NCBI GenBank assembly: GCA_047495785.1
Contig: JBLDXI010000004.1
Span: 2,356,001 to 2,420,000 of the forward strand
DNA: 64,000 nucleotides
Source: Lepidodermella squamata
Lineage: Eukaryota > Animalia > Gastrotricha
Reading direction: 5' to 3'
In this document: positions 53,081-64,000 of the stretch, one piece after another
How the letters are laid out: every line of letters begins with the position of its first letter
How positions within the stretch are numbered: position 1 is the first letter of the stretch
Notes under the pieces: generated by a model
The model's input: the letters and a program-made list of their open reading frames with translations, nothing else
Database searches by the model: none
What the model was told of the DNA's origin: nothing
Position numbers and translations under genes: made by a program

Positions 53081-54332
53081 TTAAAAACATTTTGATTTTT
53101 CTGTGACTGATTTCAAAAGGTATTACTCCATGCCCATTTTCCCGTGAAACTGGATATGATTCCTGGGCTTATATTCAGCACCCAAACACAAATATCTCGC
53201 TTTTGCTTAATCGAACTAAAAATGTTTGTAAATTATTTTGATAACATTATTTTGTAAAATCCTTGCTTCATCACCGTGATCTCGAGGATTTTCGCGTCAG
53301 AAAATTGTCTGCAAGAAAACTTTTGAATATTTTTCAAGTTGTTTATTGCCGTAAAATTTGCCGTAAAATTCTCAAGAGGGTCTTACTTTTAGTCGCCTGT
53401 TGCTGAACCGAATTTGGTAAACGTTTGCATAAAAATTGATTTTTGAAACGAACCATTAATTTCGAAAAAAAATGGTCGCAAAATTCCCCGTGGTTTTTAG
53501 TATATCGCAGGGTGGGCGACAGAACGACCTGCCTAGAATAGAAACAAATGGCGTAAAACTATTTTTTGCATCTCCGCCAAGTAAAAGTAACACCAATTAA
53601 TAATTTTACAGCAATTTTGTGTGGAAAAGCTGTCAAGAAATACCTAGAAAAAAAATTAAATTACCCAAAATTGGCATCTCGACAATTTCCCAACGTGGAG
53701 AAGAAGCGAGTTCAAGGTGATGAAGCGAGGAAATTTGGTCCAACAAATTTACAGAAACGCTTCGCGGAAAATTCCTGGAATTTTCACGATAATTTTTTCA
53801 ATGGCGATTAAATTTGGTCAGGCACTGAATAAAGCTCAGGCATTCTATGCGGTTGACGGAAAATTGATCACGTCTTAAATGACTCGCAAAAATACCCACG
53901 TAAATTGGTTTCAATTCTTTTTAGTTCTCTCAAAATCACGATAAAACCGTAAAAATAAGCAAAAACAAGCTAATCCTTGTTATTCAACACACGAGTAATT
54001 ACCATCAATTACCATCATTTACCATTCGCATAGTAGTAGTGTAAAAGCGGCTACTATTTCATACCAGAAATATAATTTGTGATTATAATTTAAAAGTTAA
54101 TTTTGTGATATTTTCGTAACAATTAAAGACAAAGTAGTGACCATTTCGTACTAAGTTGTTATACGTTATACGTTCGTTCAGACGTTGATATACGCGTGGA
54201 ACTGAAGTCTTATAATTCTTCGCGTCGATTATAGCTCTTGTTTCGCGAAATATATAGGCGAAATAAGAAATAAGGGTGTTCTCTTGGCAAAAATTTCTGG
54301 AAAATACCATTCCACCTAGAGTTTGACTGTAA

Positions 54333-56075
54333 TGTTACGTCATTGTTTCGAATAGGACGGGCGTGGCTTGGTATATGGCTAAAAACTTAAAACCAGCTCT
54401 ATGTGTAGCCTCTACATAGTTAAGCAAGCTAGGCTTGATTCCCGGAGACAACAGAAGAATCTAACTGGATGAGCCTCATCAATCATTCACTCGCGTTCGG
54501 GATTGCAGTCGCTCACGCCGCTAAACAAAATTGGTACCGCTTTGCGGGTTAAGTGCTAGAATGCTGCGAAAAACCTGGCCTCGGTTCCGGCATGCATACC
54601 TTGCTATGGGTTCCAGTTTACGCCCAGGGCCTAGAAAAGGATATGACTGCACCTCAGTATGTTCGAACAGGAATTTGCTACCCCATTTCGAATAAGACGA
54701 CGAGAAGCTTTGTTCGGGTTTTCTTCAAATAGAAGCTTTATTAAAACTAAAAAAACCTAAGAAATATGCGTACGATCATCTACGATCTACGCCTCATACC
54801 GAACGTTGCAACTGCTGTCTCATCGAGATGCGACTACAACCGATCGCCGTCATCACTAGGACAAAGTGCTGCCCGCCGTTCTCTTCGCCTACCGATCTGC
54901 TGTCAACCTGTCGACCGGTTTCATCTCGGCCAAGCTGCCCGGTCACCTGATTTTCGCCGTACCGTAAACACGCGTACTTAAGGGTGGTCTTATATTCGCA
55001 TACTTTTCCGAAAAAACTGCATTTTAGTTCAAAAAAAAATTACAAGGCTAGTCTTATATTCGAATCACCCACCTTATAAACCTAATGATCGAAACCTTAT
55101 GATAATGGTATACCTAATGATCGAGCCTCCCTTAAGGACAGTGTAGAAGATGGACATTTTGCCGAAAGGGTCCCCCCTTATATCGCTCAAGTTTCAGCAG
55201 GGTTCAGGGAAAAAATCATAAGGGTCCCCCCCGTCCCCCCCGCCATCTTCGACACTGCTTAAGGACGAGTTTTTACGGTATTCATGCCTGCTCGTTGTCC
55301 GCCGGTAATCACCTGGCTCAACAACAGCGCATTCTGCAACGCCAGTGAAGCAACCCTCGCTAACCTCGACAGAGCTCGACTACGTCCTAAACACTACTTT
55401 GATCGCTACGCCAGCACTAGTCAGTTCAAGTAGGGCTATCCTGTTTGGGTTCGACTCCCACAGTCAAGCTGCACCGCGTTGTTACCAGCTGAGCAGAACG
55501 CGAACACCATCGTCGTCAATATCGACCTCAAGCCGTTTGACCAGTTTGAGGACTAGATGGCTGCTCTACCAAAAACGCTACCGCTGCACCATCGCCAGCC
55601 AACGCCCCGACTCGCGTCATGATTCGTCCCTTGAAGCTAGCGCAACGCCTCGGCTACGTCGATAACGACTTCGCTCTACGCGACCTGTTTCGAACTGTCA
55701 ACCTAACTAGCTCGTACGATTACGACTTGATTGTCTTAACATTTATCTGCTTTGCTCCCGCGGTTCTATCTACTCTCTAGCCCTGGTGAATTCCTGTAGC
55801 AGTTTCGATGCACTACTGCGACACGAGTGCGACGCTGTAACTACGGCGACTTACAGCGCGAAATAAGACTGCGCCAAGGGAATGATTCAATTAGCCATTG
55901 TGAATTGTGACCCTACCTTGGGTCAAAAGATGTTCCTAGATATACCATGATAGGTTCCACAGGTAGGGTCGGGCTAGCTCATCAGATGGTAGTCAGCAGC
56001 TAGCGTTAGCAGTTACAAAAACTAACCCGAAACGTTTGTGCTATTTTATCAATAATTTCTCGTTTCGCCGTAACA
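54333..56075. mobile_element. Possible solo LTR
   Basis: Bounded by TGTTACG...CGTAACA; non-coding and relatively GC-rich; no TSD recognised. Confidence 0.3.
54962..55278. mobile_element. Tc1/mariner-like MITE with a nested TTAA-flanked mini-element (55136-55258)
   Basis: TA-CCGTAAA..TTTACGG-TA ends; inner TIRs CAGTGT(A/C)GAAGATGG flanked by TTAA on both sides. Confidence 0.6.
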
Positions 56076-57834
56076 TTCACTCGTTACTCTTAACCCTTTC
56101 ACAGCGGGAAGGACGATTTCGGAATTTCGACTTTGAAAATTCGCAGAAAACTGAATTTGAGGAATATTCTTGAACGCCCTTTTAGGAATATTGCTTTTCG
56201 ATGTTGGCTACAAGGTTTTGAGACCAGGGCACCGTTATCATGCATGGTCAGGGCATAATAGCAATTTAAAATAGTCAACCTGAGATTGAAATTTCGATTT
56301 TTTTCAACTGAAATTTCATAGGGTTCTGGTCATTTTTTGATCCAACAAAAAATACATCCGTGTCCGCCATAGCCTCATTGACCTCTGACCTCTGTGCAAA
56401 GGCGTAAGCAGGGAATTGATTTGGTAGTTGTTGTGAATCTGAGAGTTGAAGTTTCATTTTTTCTCAGAAGAATCCTAGGTCGAATAGTGCCGATTTTCCA
56501 TAGGAAATATCGGTGCTATCGGGTTTTCGAGCGAAGCGAGAAACATTTTGGCAATTTTGCAACAAATTCTTTTACATCATAAGCAATTAGAGAGATTTTC
56601 TAGAGAAAATGGGCGGAAGAGGGGATTTTAGTTTTCATTTTGGTAGTTGTTTGAACAACCAAAACAACCAGCTGGTTACGCCACTTCAATTTTTTCGATT
56701 TGGAAATTAAAAATGGCGATGCTATTAAAATGCAATCAAACCGGCCGAATTAGTCCTATCCGTCCAGAGTTATACAGGCGGAGTGCGCGATTTTGTGCTG
56801 CAAAAACTGTAGCGAGGAAAAACTTGAAAAGCTGAATTCAGATCTGAATGCTAAGCCTCTAAAACTTGTTTAAACTGATTTTTTTCGGTGATACTTATAA
56901 GTGAGGGAGAATCTTATGGACATTCGTGGGAATAATTTATAATCCAAAATTCCAAAGCTGAAGGCACCTGACACAGAAATCAGGGTGCTCGAAAAATCGC
57001 CTGAAATCAGCTGGGCGAATAGGACGATTTCGGCCAGTTTTTGTACAGCCTTAACAGTGTACAGCCTTAAGCCCAAGCTGAACCTGTGGTATCTGAGCCA
57101 AAGTGCGGTCGTAGACGGTTAACAGTTATCGCATATCGCATCAATCTGTTGACGAAGCCGTCAGTACCCGAGGTCAAGGTCGTGGCAAACTCACCAGCTC
57201 TGTTTCGGTTGATGAAGGACACAACACGGGGCTAACTCGAAGACGCGCCGGGGAAACAGCTGTCTAATCAGGTATTCATCGGAAATCAGTATCTTAAAGT
57301 GCCCGAATATACTGATATTGAAATATATGACGTAGTCTGATAAGCAACTAGTTTTTTGCCAATTTGCTCTGAAAACTAGTTTAATATCTTCCAATAATGG
57401 ATCCTATGCCAAACATTTGGCTCAAATGTCAAACTATTCTGCGGATATGCCATTTTTTTCTATTGTAGGCAAGTCGTTCTGTCGCCCACCGATATACGCG
57501 ATATAGAGTCGTTACCGCTTACCGCCTGATTCTTGTCTATTAAGATGATAAAATGCTATCATGATGATAATAATATTATTTATTATTTAAAAAAATCTTG
57601 ATCGTGTGCGTGAAATTATTCCAAGTTCTGCCAAGGAAGCTCAATAAGTAAGTAGCACGCTAAAACTTTATAACTTATCGGATTACTGTATGTAGACTGC
57701 CTTTCTGATCCTGGAAATATCAATATTTACGAATACAAATGATGATGATAACGATGATAATGACTCCAACGATTAGCTAACAACAGTTAACTATCGCCGA
57801 TTTTATGCCGATGTTTATTATGAAAAACGGAGAA

Positions 57835-58172
57835 ATACTATGATCGCATTTCGTTGACAGTTTTTCTGCCAACATCCTTTTCGAACAAAATTTTCTGGAA
57901 TTTTGACCACAGACTAGACCTATCATTTGCTGAAAACCGCATAAAAAAATTCATCGTAGTTGTGGAGCAATCGAAAAATTTCGGGGAAATAAATAATGTG
58001 CCAGCCATCGCTATTATTTTACTTGTGCGCGCAGGGCATTTTATTGAAGGTGTGCGGGTCAAGTGCGCGCGTGCGCGGCTTCAGACGGACGGACAGACGG
58101 ACGGACGGACAGACGGACGGACAATCAATTTCGACAGTATAGTACCGGGTTTCACCCGGCATTCCCGGGTTT
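57835..58172. repeat. (GACG/GACA)n microsatellite with downstream hairpin; possible HINE/DINE-like element
   Basis: CAGACGGACGGACAGACGGACGG.. at 58082-58122, followed by the hairpin CCGGGT-TTC-ACCCGG at ~58145. Confidence 0.4.
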
Positions 58173-58477
58173 GGAATTGTTGTTCATGAGGGGAAAAGTG
58201 TCCAAGCACAGAGCCTCACGCGACTAAAGGACCTCACGCTTGAAAAAGGTCAAGAAGTAAAATGAACAGAGTGGAATCGTCTAGAGTCTAGAATCTAGAA
58301 TAAAAATTACTATTTCAAGGCGAATCGTCTAGAATGATAAACATTAAGTATTATTATTATCATAAAGCAAGTTAATTCCGAACCTTGAGACCGGCTAAAC
58401 TTTGTTTTGTAGGAAATTTATAGCCCACTCCATACTTCGCACACTGTTCAGCTATTTAGGTATTGCGATTAAAAAAA

Positions 58478-61400
58478 ATGAATCTATTATTGCTAATAAT
58501 CGTCGCAATTCTTGCCGCTTCCACCGAGGTACATTGCGGCGGTTGGGCGCGTTGTTTCTCGCAATTCGATGACGCGTTCACTGATTGCCGCGAAGCAACA
58601 ACGGGATGTTCTCGATTGCGCGAATACCAGGTGAAATTAAATGATTATTATTCGATGAAAAAATGTGAATTATTTTCTTCCGACAGCTTGGCGACACTTT
58701 GCCGAATCAGTCCACGTGCCTACGTGCGGTATCGTCATATTGTTCTCAATTTCTGAATTGTTTCCAATTAACACTTTAACTGCCTAAAATGGACTGCGAG
58801 ATCGATATTTGAATCCACATCCGAAACTCCAATTTTTCAGGTCAACGATGAGTCGTTGGGCAAAATGTAGGCCTTGATTCGGCGGTTCTTTTGACGCCGA
58901 ACTTGGGGACTGAAAGTCTGAGAAGGTCTTTGAAAATGACAGTGAAAAAAGTCGAAATTTTGGATTAGAGCCAAAAAGCAGACCCAAGAATTGGACCTAA
59001 TTATTAGACCCAGATTATGGCGCAATAATCAAAATGTCACTGTTTTTTCAAGTTTATTTCTGTGCGTTCCTCGAAGTCTTTGGCCCCGAATTTGTCAAAA
59101 GAACCGCCGGATCATGGCCTACATTTTGCCGTCAGACATTTCGTGAAGGACTTTTGACAGACCTAGGAGTTGGATCCAAATATCGATCTCGCAGTCCAGT
59201 TTTGGCAGTTGAATTAATTGTTGAGTGTTAATCTCTTGATATGCAGACAGCGCGGCTCTGTTACAAATTTGCTAATTTTGCGGCGAGTTGCCGACCTGGT
59301 CTTCCTGGTTGCGGAAAAGCGAACGAAATAATGGTTAGTAATTGCGGCAAGCTCAAAAGCTTTGAAAAACATTCATTTTTCCACAACGATTTCAAATTGT
59401 TTACTATCTAAAGGACCTTTAAGTGAAGTCTCAGGCCAAAACGACGTCAGCGTCAACATTTGAATTGAATTTGATTTCATTTGAAAATTTCCAAAAATCA
59501 CCGAAAGCCTTTGCTGAATATTCGATGATATTAGAATTTATGTTATTTTTCGATTCAAGGTTGGCTCATCCTACAACGGCGCTTTACCATTCAGAACAAA
59601 TTTGATGCCTTGTACCAACGCCTTCAACGCCTTCTCGGTAAATAACCTTATTTTGTGTCTTTGAATATTACAATTAACCGCAATTCACAGAACCGGAAAT
59701 TCGACTCATGTTTCAATCAGCAGTTCGTCACTTGTGTGCCAAGCGAACTTTCTTGTCCTCAAGGGGTTAGTAAGAGCATTTCATTTTCTCTTGTAATGTC
59801 CTGTAAAATTCCAGGCGAAAAACAGAACGGGATTTTTGAACTTGGACGCCTGTCTTCGGAGTGCCAGCTGTAAGTAAACTTTGAATCAAGCCGGCAATTT
59901 CTGCTCATTTCCCCGTTTCGTTTCATTGCTCATTGACCATTTTAATTGTGAGCGTCTTTTTCTGAAACAAAACTTTGAGCATTTTCGGTGATCGCTAACC
60001 TGGAATTATGAAATTTTGATGTCTCTTTTATAGCCGAAGTCGCCGACTCTGTGAAACCGCACATCCGATGCTTCAACGCTGTCACTCGGGAATTCACCGC
60101 CTGCCGGTTGAGCACCTCGCGTTGCATCGCCAATGAAACCGAAGAGTTCTCCACTGGCACCTATCGAAACAAAGCCAACTGTTTATCATGGGTAAGTACT
60201 CGTGGGGAATATCTATCGGCTTAGTGTTGGTTAGATCAGGGTTGAAGGCTGGGTCTTGAAATTTGGGATTTGGAATTTATTGGAATAATTTGGTAATGAT
60301 TTCACTATATCCCTCCAAAGTATGCTGCTCAGTGCGATACACCAAACGGCAAGAAATGCTACAACATCTGCCCGGAAGGTTCGACTCGGGTGAGCTTCTA
60401 ATCGTCCTAGCTCTGTGTTGTCATCCTAAGATTTAAACTACAGCTGAAAATCTATTCGAACTCGACGAAATTCGCTGATAACTACGCGGCTTGTCTGAAT
60501 GACCTGAAGCCAGCCAAGCCATCAAAATCCTTTTTCCTCTCGCCGCAGACTTCTGGCTACTTCCGTCGTCATTTAGACGCCTGCGAGACGATAGAAGGCG
60601 CCCGTTTGGCGACCATCTCAACGCTGGATGAGTTCGCGGCGGCTAAACAAATCGCAGCTACCTCTAACGTGTCTGTCTACATTGGCTTGGTGGGCGATTT
60701 CACTTGGGAGGATGGCACTCTCGTCGCGATCGATACGCCTTACTGGCGAGCAGCAGTTGCCCCGCAAAACCAAGGCGAATGTAAGTTTTAATTTATTTAG
60801 AGGTGAAAATACCTATTCTGTGTTTCATCTGTACATTTACATCTCGGATTTTCAGGTATACTAATGAAATCTACCGGCTTTATGGACTTCAACTGCATAG
60901 GATTCACACAGGGTATCTGTGGCAATGTAAGTATTATGTGACTTGTTTGTGCAACTTGTATGATCCGAACTTATTTCGTAAGCTTATTTGGTACCCAGTC
61001 GTACAAAGGTAGACCCTGGCCAGATATAAATTTGACCCTGGGAATGATAGTTCGACCCTGGGTAGTTCGTATGGTCAAATTAGGTCCCTTATAAGTACCT
61101 CATTTTTCGCAAAATTCGTACATTTTTGAGGACAGTAGAGGTCGTTTTCCCCATTCCCCCCTTCCCTCTTCCTTGTAATTTGGTCAACTAATGTTCAACC
61201 AACGCAATGTCGATTTTCTTTTGAAGAGTTCGACCAACCTCGAACTCACGTCAATTATGGGACGCATAAACGTACTGGCAGATTATTGCGCTGGCATGGG
61301 AAAAACTTTGGCCAAAATCCACGATCAAGCGACATACGACGCTGCTCAAAACCTTCTGACGGCCGGACTTCAAGTGTACATTGGTGGGCGACGGCGCGAC

Positions 61401-61624
61401 CTGGTTTCTTATTCTTGGATAACAGGCGAGCCCTTCAACAGCGCACTGTTCAATTTAACTGGCGTAGCAACCTTCAATACACACTGTTGGGAAAGAAAAC
61501 TGCGTTACATTTGACGATTCAATTGTTTCATTTTGCAGGTGCTGCTCTATCTTCTGGTTCGATTCGATTGGCACCTTGCAACAACTCCAACTTCGCCGGT
61601 TTGTGCGAGCGTATTCAAGGATGA
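58478..61624 (+). CDS. Secreted Cys-module + tandem C-type-lectin-like domain protein, paralogue 3
   Basis: Starts MNLLLLIIVAILAASTEVHCGGWARCFSQFDD. 12 exons approx 58478-58630, 58687-58728, 59247-59333, 59560-59637, 59691-59765, 59815-59869, 60034-60191, 60321-60389, 60444-60781, 60856-60926, 61227-61485, 61539-61624, ending LCERIQG*. Confidence 0.9.
58772..59227. mobile_element. TTAA-flanked (piggyBac-like) MITE in intron 2 of paralogue 3
   Basis: Inverted repeats AACTGCC.AAA.TGGACTGCGAGATCGATATTTG.ATCCA; TTAA at both flanks; absent from the equivalent introns of paralogues 1 and 2. Confidence 0.75.
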
Positions 61625-61982
61625 CGAGTCCTATGAAGTCATGAATTGAAATCAACGATTCCTTCAACAGATTTATCGATTTTGGACGATATGAAGAGTT
61701 TTGATGAAATTTGTGTCGAATCTTAATATTTCGGCGAATAAAAAGGCACTCCCACGAGTATAATAGAAAGTCGACTTTATTTCTTTCCTCCAAGTATCCG
61801 GGAATATGAGAGAGGAAATTCCAAAAGGTCGCTTTCTGACTGATTTTCCTCACTATTTTCCTCGAATTGGCAATGGGCTGTCGAATTCAAGCGAAGAACA
61901 TTTTCAAATAGATAACAAACTGGATAAAAATTCAATCGAAAACAGTTTTAAGCAGATTCTCAGCGAATTTTAGATCTCTCAA

Positions 61983-63374
61983 TTAGGCCGCCGCATTCGA
62001 AAGCCAATCAACAAGTTCTCGAGCTTGGTTTTCATTAGATTTTCTCGCCAGAGCCAACACATCTTCCCCAGCCCAGGTCAATTGATCGCGAGTTCCATTA
62101 GCAGCCGACACTAAATACTTTACAAATTCCAATTGCCCGTATTTAGCCGCGAAATGAATTGGCATCATGCCAAACTGTGCTTCCCGCGCAAACACATTAG
62201 CTCCTTTTGAAATTAACAGCCGGGCTACATTCGTTTTGCCAAAATTAGCAGCCCGATGAAGCATTGTCACGTTATTTCCTACCCTAGCAATGTTTACATC
62301 AACTCCTTTTTTGAGGAAAAAATCGACAATTTCGTCATAACCAGCCGCAGCAGCTTGATGGCAGGGCAGATTGCGTTTTGCCAAGTCCTCTGCATAGATT
62401 ATACTTGCATTCACCTGAACGAAATACTCGACAATAGGCAGAGTGGAAGTTTTGGCGTAGCAAGCTGAATGGATTGGCATGTCCTGCAAATCTTTCGTAG
62501 ATCTCGCGAAAATATCAGCCCCCCGTCCTACTAGGTACTTCACGAGGCCAGATTTCGCGAAGCTCGCAGCCCAATGAAGGGGGGTTCGTCCGAATTCTGA
62601 ATCTCGTTGGTCGATTAGGGAAGCGTCTTGGTCCAGCATAAAATCTAAAGCTTCGATGTTACCCTTGGCGCAGGCCTGGTGCACGGGGGTTGTTCCATGG
62701 CTGTCGAACATTGAAATCAAATTGCGACCCATGATCGGCCACAACAGCTGCAGGGCTTCTTGTCTTCTGTTCAGAACCGCGTAGCCGAGAGGGGAGGTCT
62801 TTTCTTCGTTGTCCAAAAGGATAGATTGCCAAGTTGATGGGCTGATTAGCACGTCCTTCGGGACCATTGCCATCAGATCTTCTATCGATCTTGTATCGCC
62901 AGATTTCGCAGCAAGTATCAAATTATTAAGCTGTGCAATGTTCGATGAAAACTTGGGCTTTTCTTCCAGTTCAAATTCAAACCTCTTCTTTGTAGGCTCC
63001 TATAGAAGGTTCAGCTATTCTTTGTCCTTCAGTTGTTTGTACGGTTGTAGGCTTCAACGTTGTAGTTGTAGTTGTAGTTGTAGTTGTGGTAGGTCTAGCT
63101 TGGTTAGACCGGGGAACGAATAATCCAATCCAATTTGAGATGTTGCCGCAAATTCGAGTTTGAGCCATGCATGAAATAGAGCTGGGTGAATATACGCCAA
63201 TTTGGATATAGCGGCCGTTGCTTTTACAAAAGATTGGGCTTCCTGGGTTTCCGGCGCAAGAACTGCTTGTACATAATTGTACCTCGGAGGAAAAATTGAT
63301 GCGGCTATCAACTGATTGGCAGGTTTGGTTCGGCAGTATAGAAATGTTCAGCTTCTTCAATACTTTTGAACTAT
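61983..63374 (-). CDS. 3' part of a gene: inactive trypsin-like domain + Thr linker + ankyrin repeats
   Basis: Exon 63374-63043: LKKLNISIL..C..QLC..SCAGNPGSPIFC..YIQIGVYS..NWI + PTTTTTTTT. Putative 43-bp intron 63042-63000. Exon 62999-61983 with about 7 ankyrin repeats (GTTPVHQAC, GRTPLHWAA, GMMPIHFAA). The ankyrin call is strong; the fusion is inferred. Confidence 0.8.
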
Positions 63375-64000
63375 CTGTAAGTGTTTAGCAACGTCATTTA
63401 CACTTTATCATCGAAGGGAAAGATATCTTGAGACCATGAGATCTTAAGTTGGGGAGTGCGCCAAATTGAAAGCTCTAGCGCTAAATGTCCCCAAAGTTCC
63501 CGATTGATAGACCCGAATTCAATATTCAATACCAAACTGTTCCTCTCATTGAGAGGAGTCTATCGATAAAAGGAATTTTAGTGCTCCAGTTTTCGCTGAG
63601 TTACGACTAGTTTAAAATAATTCAAGTTACAGCGTGCCCCATTTTTCAAGTTTGCAACTTTTTCAGGAAAATTTGCTAGCTGTTTTTAATCAGACCAACG
63701 GGAAGAATCATCAAACAGCGCAGAAAATAAATATCTATCGGAGGAAACCCGGAAAACCCCGATGGCAAATGTTTCGGTAAATTTCGGTATTATACCCGTG
63801 GTATAACCTAATTTCTCTTTCCTAATTTATGTTAACGGAAAAATCGAAAATAAAAGTTAAGAAGTTACTTATGGGACACGCTTCAATTGTCAGTCACATA
63901 CATCTGAAAATTCTTGCAATAAATTACTCTCAATGCGAGGAATACTTTTCTATATAACTCGAGCAGAAGTGAAATTCAATTTTATACGAAATGTTCAGTA

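Larger units (their letters stand above)
46756..54052. mobile_element. PIF/Harbinger (PHIS)-like non-autonomous element carrying copy 3
   Basis: TIRs AGCCGCTTTTACACTAC..GAATGGTAAA.GATGGTAA.TGATGGTAATTACTCG and their reverse complement at ~53992-54052; 3-bp TSD ACT. Confidence 0.75.

Noticed and set aside
1-64000. tRNA/rRNA genes; an autonomous RepHel or transposase for the modular element
   Set aside because: None was recognisable in this window; the mobilising enzyme must be encoded elsewhere.

Overview
AT-rich eukaryotic (animal-like) genomic DNA with short GT-AG introns, mostly about 45-60 bp. The species cannot be identified from the sequence. Host genes: (i) three paralogues of a secreted 12-exon protein with five 4-Cys modules plus two degenerate C-type-lectin-like domains (2.6-6.0 kb minus, 10.4-18.0 kb plus, 58.5-61.6 kb plus); (ii) a CYP3-clan-like P450 with a damaged 5' end and a TTAGGG-like tract in an intron; (iii) two tandem secreted Cys/Trp-rich genes resembling a mainly microbial family (HGT candidates); (iv) a secreted cyclophilin with a heavily substituted active site; (v) the 3' part of a probable inactive-trypsin/ankyrin fusion gene. 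The interval from about 27 to 57 kb is a nested transposon stack. A 5'-truncated RTE-like LINE with a 12-bp TSD is split into three in-frame pieces by two precise insertions of a large (4.5-11 kb) non-coding element. A third copy of that element sits inside a PIF/Harbinger-like element. The element has asymmetric ends (hairpin plus subterminal inverted repeat, Helentron-like), long inverted arms and a combinatorial higher-order array of ~180-bp monomers. It inserts at A|T, usually A|TCYAG, which mimics its own terminus. Exon coordinates were read by eye and may be off by a few bases.
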